A stretch of 64,000 nucleotides of DNA from Balanoglossus misakiensis (lineage: Eukaryota; Animalia; Hemichordata): assembly GCA_040954595.2 (NCBI GenBank), contig CM082584.2, forward strand, positions 3,317,344-3,381,343, in the 5' to 3' direction. The notes beneath the pieces are model-generated. The model saw only the letters and a list, made by a program, of their open reading frames with translations. It did no database searches and was not told the DNA's origin. A program made the translations under genes and the position numbers. Of the stretch, positions 63,471 to 64,000 are shown in pieces (position 1 is the first letter of the stretch; the number at the start of each line of letters is the position of its first letter).

Positions 63471-64000
63471 GCTGTTGTATCGGCACTTTTCTCCCAGTGG
63501 GGACTAAATCTACCCACCAAGAAATGCAATAGCGCTGATACAAACGACAATCCGACGACCTAGAAAGATAAAAAAGCTACGGATACATGTGTAAACAATC
63601 TTGGGTCTTCGGGGTCAGGTGTCGTTCTGCCGGAACGTTGCTTTCATCTGGGACCTATGCAGGGATTCGCCTGTGACCTCTAAGGTCACAGGCCTTCTTA
63701 ATATATGCATTGGGGGTGTCAGACACCCTGATACAACACTCTCCCCCATCATATTTTTACAGAAGTTGGACGGGGGAGGACAATGAAATGAGGGCAACTT
63801 CTTAATAGCCTGGGAGCTGGCTCATTTTAAAGAAATGCAACAATTTGGGCAAACCAAACAGAAATGGGGTTAGACCAGTACAATTAACCAATTCCGTGTT
63901 CTCCAGCACCTAAATTAATCTGCTGAGATCATATGTTTGTGAGTTGGCTGGCGCGCTCGTCAGTGACGACCGATGAAATACACCCATTGAGTGCTGAGTA

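Noticed and set aside
63470-63560. Minus-strand peptide VVGLSFVSALLHFLVGRFSPHWE resembling an ionotropic glutamate receptor M1 segment
   Set aside because: Too short, with no supporting neighbouring exon in the window.

Overview
AT-rich, intron-containing eukaryotic DNA, probably from a marine invertebrate (taxon not determinable), dominated by transposable elements. The main signal is two diverged members of one two-gene DNA transposon family with TATGG termini, resembling IS3EU-type elements. Copy B (53613-63228) is complete, with TIRs, a 6-bp GATCGC target-site duplication and inverted 21-bp subterminal arrays. Copy A (17689 to ~30140) has lost its right end. Each copy encodes a single-exon SAM-HTH-DDE transposase and a convergent, spliced gene for a [SAM]-beta-grasp-like-UBZ4-compact HECT E3-ligase-like protein, suggesting a transposon-encoded ubiquitin ligase that may dock on its own transposase through SAM-SAM contacts (inference). 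Host genes: a sarcosine-oxidase-like FAD oxidoreductase (4 exons visible), a LACTB2 5' pseudogene fragment, a 5'-truncated and frameshifted DYRK/HIPK-like kinase, and an intact six-exon secreted trypsin-fold protein with all three catalytic residues replaced. Also present: a non-coding LTR element with TSD, a Gypsy pol remnant, two LINE remnants, nested Helentron-type (DINE/HINE-like) elements, several MITEs and a long palindrome. All coordinates were read by hand; ends marked approximate are estimates.
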